Shown here: piece by piece, positions 35,904 through 44,655 of the stretch
Layout of the letters: each line of letters starts with the position of its first letter
How positions within the stretch are numbered: position 1 is the stretch's first letter
Translations under genes and position numbers: made by a program
The notes under the pieces: model-generated
Seen by the model: the letters and a program-made list of their open reading frames with translations, nothing else
Database searches by the model: none
Told to the model about the DNA's origin: nothing
Assembly (NCBI GenBank): GCA_002722595.1
Contig: PBMO01000035.1
Span: 49-64,048, forward strand
DNA from: Methanobacteriota archaeon
Lineage (GTDB): Archaea > Thermoplasmatota > Poseidoniia > Poseidoniales > Thalassarchaeaceae
Length of the DNA stretch: 64,000 nt
Direction: 5' to 3'

Positions 35904-36704
35904 TTGTCAGAAATTGAGTGGATAAAAGTCTCCCCAGGTACTGTGTGGTTGGGTGACAACCGGGGTGGGTTGATGCATGCTGGAAACGGCCCCCGCCATC
36001 AAGTGCAAATCGATTCCGAGTTCGAGATTAGTTCAAAACCTATTACTTTCGCACAATGGAAATCATTGACGGGTCAAGCAGCAGCAGGAGAAAATTCTGA
36101 TTTGCCCCTCAATAGACTGACACCTTTGATGATTGAAGCTGGCCTTATTGGTGTCGAAAATAGTCTTCGGCCGCCATCGGAAGCAGAATGGGCTCTGGCT
36201 GATTCACAAGGAGCCATCATCCGAGGCGAAGTCGAAGTCGAGGTTCTAAGTGATCGTCCTCCTCGTGGTGGCTACTGGGGTGCACCATGTGATGGACGCC
36301 CTTGGGTCCCTCCTGTACGAGCAGGGGGAGTTTCAGATTATACAGCCCATGTCACACGCATTTGGCAGGGTTCTAGTACACTTAGGGGGGCCACACCCAG
36401 AGGTGTCTCTCGGCCAAAAATGGGATTTAGATTAGTTCGTACACTGGATTACAAAGGGGACTTGAAAATGCCCCAAGCACCCCGTAAATCTGAACTTTTG
36501 ATACGTGAATCTCTTTTTGCTATTTTCATCGGAATAATTCCCAGTTTTACATGGGCCCATTTCAATGCAAGTCCAGAATATATTTCTGAAAGTTGGCTGA
36601 ATATCGCGTTTGGAGGAATATTCTTTTCCCTTATGACTGCATTATTGTGGCGACCAAAAACCCCTTCATTTCGTATTATAGAAGGGAAAATGCGCCGCTA
36701 TTAG
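35904..36704 (+). CDS. FGE/SUMF1-like (sulfatase-modifying-factor family) domain protein with C-terminal TM helices
   Basis: PPRGGYWGAP and KMGFRLVR resemble the RGGSW / GFRxV motifs of the FGE-sulfatase family. The C-terminus has two hydrophobic helices. The TTG at 35904 is preceded by AGGAGGGGAG. The track ATG at 35865 overlaps the ABC gene by 37 nt. Confidence 0.55.
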   Translation: MSEIEWIKVSPGTVWLGDNRGGLMHAGNGPRHQVQIDSEFEISSKPITFAQWKSLTGQAAAGENSDLPLNRLTPLMIEAGLIGVENSLRPPSEAEWALADSQGAIIRGEVEVEVLSDRPPRGGYWGAPCDGRPWVPPVRAGGVSDYTAHVTRIWQGSSTLRGATPRGVSRPKMGFRLVRTLDYKGDLKMPQAPRKSELLIRESLFAIFIGIIPSFTWAHFNASPEYISESWLNIAFGGIFFSLMTALLWRPKTPSFRIIEGKMRRY

Positions 36705-37819
36705 ACTCGGTTTTTATCATCAATTTGCAGGCCAGGTTTTTTGCTGACATAAATTCTCCACCAAGCAGTTATTACACCTAAACCATAAGACCAATGCATC
36801 AAGAATGTCATCAATGGCGCCATTAAAACAGTTGATAATTTTCTTGAGGGGGAAGTCCCTAATGCTGCCCCAAGCCAACACAATAGCAGATACAAACCCG
36901 CTAAACTAACTGGGATGTGTACCATTGCACGTTCGGGTCCCATGGGCACTGAACTCAGAGAAATATCCCATACATTAGGCCAGTTTATTCCACCATTCAG
37001 TGCCCCATATGTGAATAGGCTTAGTGCAGCCAAAACTAGAGGTGGAAACAGACCAACAGCAGTATGACTCCATGCTTTCATGCCAGGGTGAATATGACTT
37101 GCTAATATCCTAACCAACCCATAATTACGAATTTGTTTACGAACCCGCTTAGGATTTCTTCTACGATGCCACATTATGGCATCTCGGTCTTGCCACAATT
37201 TATGTCCGGATTTCTCAATACGAAAGTCCATCATTGCATCTTCACAACCAATTGCTCCTTTGTCAAATCCACCAACTTGATCCAGAACAGATTTTCGATA
37301 TGCGGCATTAACTCCCGGTAATTGATTTGCAGGTGTTAGCTGTTTTTCGCCCCTATTCCCATAATTGGTACCAGCTGTAACCCATTTTGAGCAGAATGTG
37401 ACATCAATAACACGTTGCCAAAAAGTCGATCTTGAATCAGGTGGCGCAAAATTTGGTCCTCCAACACCAGCCACATCCTCTTTTTCAAACCACTTTACCA
37501 ATTTCTCGACCCAGTTTTCAGGCACCCAAACGTCATCATCTGTGAACAAAACGATGTCGCAATCGGCGTGGTCTAGTGCTACATTACACGCATCTGCACG
37601 TGTTCGGCTTCCAAGATCATCAATCCATCTCGCGCCCTTGGATACAGCAATAGCTTCTCCAGGATCTCCTGTGGGTCCAACGATGATGATTTCTAATGGA
37701 CCCCCCCAAGTTTGGTTTGACAAACCAGTTAGTGCAATATTCAACTCTTCAGCGTTTCGAAGAGTCGGGATGATTACACATACCCTAGGGGTTGCCATGT
37801 GCTGGGCGGGTTCACGCAT
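36701..37819 (-). CDS. family 2 glycosyltransferase with C-terminal TM domain
   Basis: VCVIIPTLRNAEELNIALTGLSNQTW (GT-A), FTDDDVW (DxD), and a hydrophobic C-terminal third. The ATG at 37819 overlaps the PCNA stop by 8 nt. Alternative starts are ATG 37798 and the track start at 37906. Confidence 0.75.
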   Translation of the reverse strand: MREPAQHMATPRVCVIIPTLRNAEELNIALTGLSNQTWGGPLEIIIVGPTGDPGEAIAVSKGARWIDDLGSRTRADACNVALDHADCDIVLFTDDDVWVPENWVEKLVKWFEKEDVAGVGGPNFAPPDSRSTFWQRVIDVTFCSKWVTAGTNYGNRGEKQLTPANQLPGVNAAYRKSVLDQVGGFDKGAIGCEDAMMDFRIEKSGHKLWQDRDAIMWHRRRNPKRVRKQIRNYGLVRILASHIHPGMKAWSHTAVGLFPPLVLAALSLFTYGALNGGINWPNVWDISLSSVPMGPERAMVHIPVSLAGLYLLLCWLGAALGTSPSRKLSTVLMAPLMTFLMHWSYGLGVITAWWRIYVSKKPGLQIDDKNRV

Positions 37820-38558
37820 CGCCTTCAATTCTTGGTGCGAGGAAGTAGACACAACGCCCGGCTCCATCTGCAAAATCAAACTCCAATCGTAGAGGGTGAT
37901 TTTCATTGAAGAACAAAGTAACAGTGTCTACAATCGCCTCAATCCGTTTCGCCATTGGAAATAGTAATGAGAGGCTGTACTGGCTTTTCACAGGTCCATC
38001 TGGACAAGACAAATCCTGCAATTCTCCTGCATCATATGATACATTCACAGTATCGGTGTCTCCACTTACATTAACTCCAAATGATTGTGCATTTAGAGAA
38101 ATCGTTGCCAAATCCCCTACCTGTTTAGCAGCTCGTAATGCTCTACTGAATTTTAGTGCTGAAAGTTTGACAGAACTATTCAATTTCACATCAGGAACTC
38201 TTGGTTCCAACATAGTGGCCCTATCAAGTGGACGAATCGTTCGATTTATCTCACCGACTTGGATATTCACTCGTCCATCATTCTCATCGTAATTCATTTC
38301 AATGAGGTCGCCGGCTTCAGCCAAGCCAATTAGATCACGTAGTTTTACGAGTTCAAAACCAATGGTTGATGGTTCGCATTCCCACGCTTCAAATGCTGCT
38401 GAATCAATTTCCATCCGAACCATTGCGACATGCATAGCATCAACCGCACGGACTTCGATATGCCCTTCTTCGAACTTGAATTTTGCATCTTCTACGAGCA
38501 CGGTTAGTATTTCGACAATAGTCCGCATCGTATCTTGTTTCGCTGTAATGTTCAGCAT
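37812..38558 (-). CDS. pcn: DNA polymerase sliding clamp (PCNA)
   Basis: 248 aa. The N-terminus (MLNITAKQDTMRTIVEILTVLVEDAKFKFEEGHIEVRAVDAMHVAMVRMEI) and the overall two-domain pattern are typical of archaeal PCNA. Confidence 0.88.
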   Translation of the reverse strand: MLNITAKQDTMRTIVEILTVLVEDAKFKFEEGHIEVRAVDAMHVAMVRMEIDSAAFEAWECEPSTIGFELVKLRDLIGLAEAGDLIEMNYDENDGRVNIQVGEINRTIRPLDRATMLEPRVPDVKLNSSVKLSALKFSRALRAAKQVGDLATISLNAQSFGVNVSGDTDTVNVSYDAGELQDLSCPDGPVKSQYSLSLLFPMAKRIEAIVDTVTLFFNENHPLRLEFDFADGAGRCVYFLAPRIEGDA

Positions 38559-38640
38559 GTCATGACCCCAACAACGTTACTGTGGGAGTAGGGGGCTCAA
38601 AAGGGTTGACTTTCTACCACTTACAGTTGTTTGGTGGAAA

Positions 38641-38994
38641 TCAGTACTCTCTCCATCCATGTCCACATTCTGCACAAGTAAGGATTCGAGTTTCAGGTTC
38701 GTCAGATGAACGAGTCTGTTGAAGTTCAGCATAAACCTGATCTGAATCACATTTACCACAGATGTAAGTCTTGGTTGTAAGTACACCTCGTTGCTGGTCG
38801 GCATCATCAATTACTCGCCTATCTCTTGCCTCAGTTTTGATTGAGGAAGACGCTTTAGACACATCAACCTCAGTCCCATCTTGCATTTTCACCTTGTTTT
38901 CAGCAACTCCGCTATATCCACATTCATAATTTGGGCACTTTATGTTTCCAGACGAGTCCGGGAATGAAAGCGCTCCACATTCAGGACAGAACAT
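38641..38994 (-). CDS. tfs: transcription factor S (TFS) / RpoM-like
   Basis: N-terminal zinc ribbon MFCPECGA...CPNYECG. C-terminal TFIIS-type ribbon CGKCDSDQVYAELQQTRSSDEPETRILTCAECGHGW with the QTRS(A/S)DEP acidic hairpin. Confidence 0.88.
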   Translation of the reverse strand: MFCPECGALSFPDSSGNIKCPNYECGYSGVAENKVKMQDGTEVDVSKASSSIKTEARDRRVIDDADQQRGVLTTKTYICGKCDSDQVYAELQQTRSSDEPETRILTCAECGHGWREY

Positions 38995-39094
38995 AGGAAC
39001 AGGGGAGAGTACACCCCTCTTGAATTATTTGCTTGTAATTGTTGCTAAGTTGAGGTTCCGCACGTACTTTAATATCGGCATTTGTACACTTGTT

Positions 39095-40072
39095 GTGCGA
39101 CTAGTTTGGGACTGGAGGTTGGCTCGTATTTATGACAGCCAAGAGCAGGTGTTTGATGAGGTAGTTTGGGATGGGCATCGTACTACAGCAGCAATCATTG
39201 TTCGCTTACATGAAATTCAGACTGGACGGATGACTGCCGAGGCTCGTATTCTTGCAGAAAGATTTCCTGAACATGATTTATCTGAACCCATTAACTTTAG
39301 TAATTGGCCAGAACTAAATATTGAGGAAAAAAAAGCATTGGAAAAAGCAACAATTTGCATTGCCGAGAAATCAATCATAAGGGCATCGTCAGAGCCGGAC
39401 AATCGTTTGGATCACATGATTCGAGCAGTCGATGATTTGCGGATGACTCATAATTCGCTTGAATCTCATGTAGTTGAATGGATATCGCTGATATTACCTT
39501 GGGTTGACATCGATTACAAGCGTTCAGAAATCATGCATTCATTTAGCAAGTCATCGGATTTGAAAGAGCTAGCAAAGATGCTAGGGGTTGAGTCAAGCGA
39601 TGTATCACTCAATCAGCAAGAGTGGATTGCAATGAGATCACTTGCAAAAAACGTGGTGGCTCAGGAACTAGCAGTTGATGACCTCGAAAAGTCGATTCGA
39701 GAGATTGCAAACACACACTTACCATCACTTTCTCTTCTTTTGGGACCGCTTTTAGCTGCTAAACTCTGTTCCGCGGCTCATGGAATCGGTAGACTTGCTC
39801 GTTTGCCAGCAGGTACAATTCAGGTACTCGGTGCTGAGAAGGCATTTTTCATGCATCTGCGGCAAGGAACGGATCCTCCGAAACATGGATATATTTTCCA
39901 GCATCCATGGATAAGCAAAAGCTCCAAAAGGTCTCGTGGACCTATTGCAAGAATGCTAGCATCGAAAGCAGCAATCGCATGTCGATGTGACTATTTTGGT
40001 GGTAAGCCTTGGACAACAAAAGAAATTGCAGAAATTGAGAAGAAAGTGGGAGAGATTCGCTCTCGAAGATAA
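39095..40072 (+). CDS. nop5: Nop5 (Nop56/58) box C/D snoRNP protein
   Basis: Nop domain LGAEKAFFMHLRQGTDPPKHGYIFQHPWI. The track start at 38942 would overlap tfs on the other strand, so I suggest the GTG at 39095 (VRLVWDW...) or a nearby codon. The start is uncertain. Confidence 0.8.
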   Translation: MRLVWDWRLARIYDSQEQVFDEVVWDGHRTTAAIIVRLHEIQTGRMTAEARILAERFPEHDLSEPINFSNWPELNIEEKKALEKATICIAEKSIIRASSEPDNRLDHMIRAVDDLRMTHNSLESHVVEWISLILPWVDIDYKRSEIMHSFSKSSDLKELAKMLGVESSDVSLNQQEWIAMRSLAKNVVAQELAVDDLEKSIREIANTHLPSLSLLLGPLLAAKLCSAAHGIGRLARLPAGTIQVLGAEKAFFMHLRQGTDPPKHGYIFQHPWISKSSKRSRGPIARMLASKAAIACRCDYFGGKPWTTKEIAEIEKKVGEIRSRR

Positions 40073-40083
40073 GGGGTGCAATT

Positions 40084-40752
40084 ATGACGACATTCTCAGA
40101 GCGTGTAAAAGTTCAGGGACGCAGTCTTTGGTCTAGAAATGCAGACAAGGGAGTCAGCCTCCGTGGCGAGCGACTCAGGCGTGAGGGTAAAAATGAGTGG
40201 CGACAATGGAACCCACGCACCTCGAAATTGGCATCAGGATTACTCAAAGCAGAAAAGTCCGGGTTATTGCCAAATTCAGGAACTACGTGTCTTTATCTTG
40301 GAGCAGGGCATGGAACCACAATAAGCCACTTGCATGACCACTTATGTGGTCCAGAAAATAAATTCAATGGACAAATAATTGCAGTTGATTTATCGACAAA
40401 ATGTATCAGGAGTTTAGTATTGCTATCTAAATCAAGACCAGGCATATTGCCCATACTTTCGGATTGTCGTGACCTGATTTCAATATCACCGTTTTTACCA
40501 AAAAGAGTACCGTGGATATTTCAAGATGTTTCTCAAAAAGGCCAAGTACACATTTTCATTAAGACTTGTAAAAAGTACTTGGAAGATGGTGGAACGGGAC
40601 TTCTTTCCCTAAAATCAGCCAGTGAACGTAATACAAAGCAAGCCTTTGAAGAAGCTAGAAAAGCGTTAGTCAACGAAGGTTTCACAATTGTAGAGCAGAT
40701 TGATTTAACCGGATGGGAGGACAAGCATGTTCTTTTTCACGTGGTGTTGTGA
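40084..40752 (+). CDS. flpA: fibrillarin-like rRNA/tRNA 2'-O-methyltransferase
   Basis: EWRQWNPRTSKLASGL, the SAM motif LYLGAGHGTTISHLHD, and 222 aa directly downstream of nop5 (the conserved archaeal gene pair). Confidence 0.9.
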   Translation: MTTFSERVKVQGRSLWSRNADKGVSLRGERLRREGKNEWRQWNPRTSKLASGLLKAEKSGLLPNSGTTCLYLGAGHGTTISHLHDHLCGPENKFNGQIIAVDLSTKCIRSLVLLSKSRPGILPILSDCRDLISISPFLPKRVPWIFQDVSQKGQVHIFIKTCKKYLEDGGTGLLSLKSASERNTKQAFEEARKALVNEGFTIVEQIDLTGWEDKHVLFHVVL

Positions 40753-41561
40753 TGCCTGAATTACCAGAGGTTGAAACTGTACGTAGGGGTTTGCTACCCT
40801 TGGTTGGAAAACGAATACTTTCACTTGAATTAACCCGCCCCAATCTGCGTTTTCCATTCCCCCTAGATATGGATTCGATAAGTGGGCGTAAGATTGAGGG
40901 TATAGATAGGAGGGCGAAATATATCCTAATACGCCTCGAAGGAAATTTGACTTGGCTTTGTCATTTAGGGATGACCGGTAGGTTTGGAAACAAGCCCGAA
41001 GGCAAGCATGATCACGTTTTAGTTGACTTTTTTGATGGCACTCGATTGGTTTACACAGACCCTCGCCGCTTTGGAATAATGGATTTATTTGAAGGTAGAT
41101 ACAATCACAAATTACTCAACAATCTTGGCCCCGAACCCCTCGGCTCCGATTGGAATGGAGGGCATCTGCATGATTCCCTGCGAGGAAGAAACGTGTCAAT
41201 AAAATCTGCATTATTGGATCAGCACATTGTTGTTGGTATCGGCAATATTTATGCTAGTGAAATACTATTTCGTGCGGGTATTTCTCCTAAGAGGAAGGCA
41301 AAGAACATATCTAAACCTATGAGTGAAAGGATATATCAACAAACCCTAGAAGTTCTGAAAACGGCTATAGAAGCTGGTGGTTCAACTTTAAGCGATGGCC
41401 AATTCAAAAATGTGGATGGAGATTTAGGTTATTTTCCACACGAGTTCGCTGTTTACGATCGTGAAAATGAAAATTGTGTCAGTTTCGGATGTGGCGGCCT
41501 AGTAAAACGAATTGTACAATCTGGACGTTCGACATTCTATTGTTCTAAGTGCCAGAAATAG
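40752..41561 (+). CDS. mutM: formamidopyrimidine-DNA glycosylase (Fpg/MutM, bacterial type)
   Basis: MPELPEVETVRRGL N-terminus (catalytic Pro2/Glu3), an H2TH region, and the C-terminal zinc finger GRSTFYCSKCQK. The ATG overlaps the flpA stop as TGATG. Confidence 0.88.
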   Translation: MPELPEVETVRRGLLPLVGKRILSLELTRPNLRFPFPLDMDSISGRKIEGIDRRAKYILIRLEGNLTWLCHLGMTGRFGNKPEGKHDHVLVDFFDGTRLVYTDPRRFGIMDLFEGRYNHKLLNNLGPEPLGSDWNGGHLHDSLRGRNVSIKSALLDQHIVVGIGNIYASEILFRAGISPKRKAKNISKPMSERIYQQTLEVLKTAIEAGGSTLSDGQFKNVDGDLGYFPHEFAVYDRENENCVSFGCGGLVKRIVQSGRSTFYCSKCQK

Positions 41562-41633
41562 CGTTTTTAGGCCTTTTCGCCATTATTCAAACTGTTTCTA
41601 AACATACTTTGAAACAAAACAACACCCCGTCTT

Positions 41634-41641
41634 TTTATATA
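41634..41641 (+). promoter_or_regulatory. TATA-box-like element (TTTATATA) upstream of the MIP-like gene
   Basis: TTTATATA ends 19 nt upstream of the ATG at 41661. This spacing suits an archaeal promoter with a leaderless or very short-leader transcript. Confidence 0.35.
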
Positions 41642-41660
41642 CTCAGAGATAAAGGCACGC

Positions 41661-42299
41661 ATGTTCGATACAATCGAGCAGGATGGGAAAAATATGGAAA
41701 TGAATGAGAAAGGAATGTTGGGTGAGTTGATTGGCAGTATGACCATCACCTTGCTAGTTTTCGGTAATTATGCCGGACTCGAGGAACATGGAACAGCAGC
41801 AGCAGCAGGCGTTGCAGGTGTGACACTTGGGATTATGTGGATGACCTTCAAGGGTTCACAGATTCTACCTGTTATCACCATAGGTCGAATGGCAGCTGGT
41901 GAGGATGATTGGGAAACTGGAGCATTGAATTTTACAATGCAGATTCTCGGTGGCCTTCTTGGCGCTGCAGTTCTATACTGGGGAGTAGATGTAACAGCTC
42001 TAGACATAGGATCTACTGCTGACATCGTAATGGCAGATGTTGCCATAGCACTCTTAGGCGGTTTCTTGCTGATGACTGTTTGGACACGATTGGGTTCAGG
42101 TTGGGAATCAGCAGCATTCGTAGCAGTTCTTGCAATTGCAGATATGCAGTTGGGTACAGCAAGTAACCTTGGAAGTATGATCGTAACTTCTGGCTGGGAA
42201 GATGGAAACATGGTAACAGTCTTTGGAACTATGATTATTGGTGGCGTTGGTGCAGCTGCTGCATTGATGTTCGGCGACCAGATTTTTGAAGAAGAGTGA
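41661..42299 (+). CDS. divergent MIP/aquaporin-like membrane protein lacking both NPA motifs
   Basis: It aligns by eye along its length with the aquaporin at 45852..46523. SQILPVITIGRM corresponds to GAHINPAITIGF, and GTASNLGSMIV corresponds to GAAMNPARWAG. Both proteins end in an EE-rich tail. Confidence 0.6.
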   Translation: MFDTIEQDGKNMEMNEKGMLGELIGSMTITLLVFGNYAGLEEHGTAAAAGVAGVTLGIMWMTFKGSQILPVITIGRMAAGEDDWETGALNFTMQILGGLLGAAVLYWGVDVTALDIGSTADIVMADVAIALLGGFLLMTVWTRLGSGWESAAFVAVLAIADMQLGTASNLGSMIVTSGWEDGNMVTVFGTMIIGGVGAAAALMFGDQIFEEE

Positions 42300-42332
42300 T
42301 TTACTCTACGAAAATATCTAGATAACTTACAA

Positions 42333-42373
42333 GTGAGTCGGGGGCGATTACGCCCCCGATTCACTTTTTTTTT
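42333..42373 (+). terminator. stem-loop plus T9 run (intrinsic-terminator-like)
   Basis: A 14-bp stem, gtgagtcgggggcg (42333-42346) paired with cgcccccgattcac (42351-42364), includes one G-U pair and has loop atta. T9 (42365-42373) follows immediately. The element begins 34 nt after the stop at 42299. Confidence 0.6.
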
Positions 42374-42419
42374 CGTTTCTCTACTATTTTGTTAAGAACT
42401 GGCTCGTCTAGGACTAGAT

Positions 42420-43145
42420 GTGGATTTTCCAGTTGACTTTTGGGGTGTGCCTGCCCACCTGGTTTTTGAGATCATGGGTTATGCTGCAGGTTTCGCACTA
42501 TTAATGCGTGAGAGAAGGATTCATGGAGACACAGTAGACAGTGAAAGCCGTGCTTGGTTAATCCTAGCCGCTTTAATTGGAGCATTGTTGGGTGCGAAAT
42601 TACTGGCTTTTGTAGAACATTCAGATCAGATTGGACAGGTACCAGTTCTGTTTCTAGGGGGAAAGACAGTCGTTGGTGGACTATTGGGAGGGACGCTTGG
42701 TATTGAATTGGGTAAGAAAATATTGGGCATTACTGTTAGAACCGGAGATGTTTACGTCACGCCTCTGATAGTGTCCATGGCTATAGGACGAATCGGTTGT
42801 TTTCTAACGGGATTGGAAGATGCAACTCATGGAGTCCATACTGAACTCCCATGGGGTGTGGATTTTGGTGATGGGCCTCGACATCCCACACAGTTGTACG
42901 GAATTATCGCTCTTGGCACAATTTGGTTGGTCTTGGAAAAATTGGATATGTCAATCAGTGGCCAAAGATTTCAGATGTTCATGATTTTTTACCTGTTTTG
43001 GCGATTATTAGTTGACTCAATCAAGGACACAACTCCTGTTGAATTGATGGGCTTGACACCAATCCAATGGTCCTGTATACTTGGGTTAATTTGGTTCTTC
43101 ACCTACGGCAAGCCGGGTGAACGTTCAAGTGGTTCACTGGTCTAA
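42420..43145 (+). CDS. prolipoprotein diacylglyceryl transferase (Lgt) family protein
   Basis: VVGGLLGGTLG corresponds to the HGGLIG region, AIGRIGCFLTGLEDATHG to GRxGNFxNxE, and LPWGVDFGDGPRHPTQLYGII to the RHPxQLYE motif. About 7 TM helices. The start is a GTG. Confidence 0.8.
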   Translation: MDFPVDFWGVPAHLVFEIMGYAAGFALLMRERRIHGDTVDSESRAWLILAALIGALLGAKLLAFVEHSDQIGQVPVLFLGGKTVVGGLLGGTLGIELGKKILGITVRTGDVYVTPLIVSMAIGRIGCFLTGLEDATHGVHTELPWGVDFGDGPRHPTQLYGIIALGTIWLVLEKLDMSISGQRFQMFMIFYLFWRLLVDSIKDTTPVELMGLTPIQWSCILGLIWFFTYGKPGERSSGSLV

Positions 43146-43152
43146 GGGGGTT

Positions 43153-44655
43153 ATGAGCGGGAAAGTTCGTGATTACCTGTTCTATGATTCTGCCACCAGT
43201 GTTTGTTCAAATTGTTTGCGAAGAACAGATGGCAAAATCATCATCCAAGAAAACAATGTTTACATGGATAAAATCTGTTATTCATGTGGGAAAAGAGAGA
43301 AGGTTTTACTTTCTGATGATGCTGATTACTATCGACGCTGTCGAGAGGTATACGTCAAACCAAGTGAGATGCCTGAACGCTGGAACACCCCAATGAAGTA
43401 TGGGTGTCCCTATGATTGTGGCCTTTGTCCATCACACGAACAACATTCATGTCTAACATTGATTGAGGTCACAGATCATTGCAATCTCAAGTGCCCTATC
43501 TGTTATGCAGATAGTGGTCCTGAACGCAAGGAAGACTATCGAACTCTTGAGCACATAATCGAAATGCTTGACGCTGTTGTGGAGAATGAACTTGAGCCAG
43601 ACGTAATCCAAATTTCTGGTGGCGAGCCAACACTTCACCCGAACTTCTTTGAAATCCTTGATGCAGTTCGGGAACGACCTGTGCAGCATTTGATGGTGAA
43701 CACAAATGGTATCCGAATTGCCAATGAGCCAGATTTTGCAGAAAGGTTAGCAGAGTATAAACCTGGTTTTGAATTATATTTACAGTTCGATAGTCTGCAA
43801 AGGGAACCGCTGATGCGCTTAAGGGGCGCTGACCTAAGAGAAATACGGAGAAAAGCACTAGAGAATTTAGAGAAACACAATGTTTCGACCACACTAGTGG
43901 TCACTCTTCAGAAAGGGTTGAATGAAAATGAAATTGGTGAAATTATTGAACACGCACTTTCGTGGAATTGTGTTCGTGGAGTCACTTTCCAACCCATTCA
44001 ACAGGCAGGACGCCATAACGAATATGATGTTGCTAAAGATAGGCTGACACTTTCTGAAGTGCGGAGGATGATTGGAGAACAGTCTACTACATTTGAGATT
44101 GAGGATATGCTTCCAGTACCCTGTCATCCAGATTCTATCGCGATGGCTTACGCCCTACGAATGGGTGGCACAACAGTTCCGCTAACACGACATATAGATG
44201 ATGAAACATTACTCGCCGGCCCACGTTCGACAATTCAATTTGAACAGGATCAAGAGTTGAAGGCAAAGGTACTCAGTTTACTTTCTACAGCACATAGCCC
44301 AGATTCCGCAGGCCATTCATTGGCGCAGTTATTGTGCTGTCTTCCAGAACTTGAGATGCCAACAGAATTCTCTTACGACAACGTATTCCGAATTATAATC
44401 ATGGATTTCATCGATGCTCATTCATTTGACCTACGTAGCGTGAAGAAAACTTGCGTGCATATAGTAAGTCCCGATTTGCGGCTGATACCTTTCGACACCT
44501 ACAACATGTTCTACAGAGGTAATTTGGAGGAGGAAATTTTGACTCCGATTCGTAGAGAACTCGCACTTGCGGGGATGGCACTTTTAACCAGAAATGAAAA
44601 GCGGGGCTTGCTCAAAGACTTGCCTATGGCAAACGGAGGGGTCGCAGATGAATGA
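43153..44655 (+). CDS. radical SAM enzyme with N-terminal zinc-ribbon/rubredoxin-like Cys pairs (COG1964-like; possible tetraether lipid synthase Tes/GDGT-MAS family member)
   Basis: CSNC...CYSC, then GCPYDCGLCPSHEQHSC, then radical SAM CNLKCPIC (CxxxCxxC). SGGEPTL, MVNTNG and VRGVTFQPIQQAGR follow. The C-terminal IIMDFIDAHSFDLRSVKKTCVHIVSPDLRLIPFDTYN is also present. The ATG at 43153 follows TAAGGGGGTT. The family assignment is from my memory of its motifs and was not searched. Confidence 0.7.
   Translation: MSGKVRDYLFYDSATSVCSNCLRRTDGKIIIQENNVYMDKICYSCGKREKVLLSDDADYYRRCREVYVKPSEMPERWNTPMKYGCPYDCGLCPSHEQHSCLTLIEVTDHCNLKCPICYADSGPERKEDYRTLEHIIEMLDAVVENELEPDVIQISGGEPTLHPNFFEILDAVRERPVQHLMVNTNGIRIANEPDFAERLAEYKPGFELYLQFDSLQREPLMRLRGADLREIRRKALENLEKHNVSTTLVVTLQKGLNENEIGEIIEHALSWNCVRGVTFQPIQQAGRHNEYDVAKDRLTLSEVRRMIGEQSTTFEIEDMLPVPCHPDSIAMAYALRMGGTTVPLTRHIDDETLLAGPRSTIQFEQDQELKAKVLSLLSTAHSPDSAGHSLAQLLCCLPELEMPTEFSYDNVFRIIIMDFIDAHSFDLRSVKKTCVHIVSPDLRLIPFDTYNMFYRGNLEEEILTPIRRELALAGMALLTRNEKRGLLKDLPMANGGVADE

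Noticed and set aside
37365-38565. Plus-strand ORFs 37365..37892, 37906..38292 and 38302..38565
   Set aside because: They are antisense to the GT2 and PCNA genes, which have clear family motifs. These ORFs are Ser/Thr-rich shadows.
38942-39094. Track start (ATG 38942) for the Nop5 gene
   Set aside because: It would overlap the tfs coding region on the opposite strand by about 50 nt, and it would add an N-terminal extension (MFPDESGNESAPHSGQNIG...) that does not look like the Nop5 N-terminal domain. A downstream GTG is more plausible, but the exact start is uncertain.
41768-42364. 198-aa minus-strand ORF antisense to the MIP-like gene
   Set aside because: Its Ala/Pro/Ser/Thr/Arg-rich composition is typical of the reverse frame of a Gly/Ala-rich membrane protein gene. 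The + strand product aligns with the downstream aquaporin.
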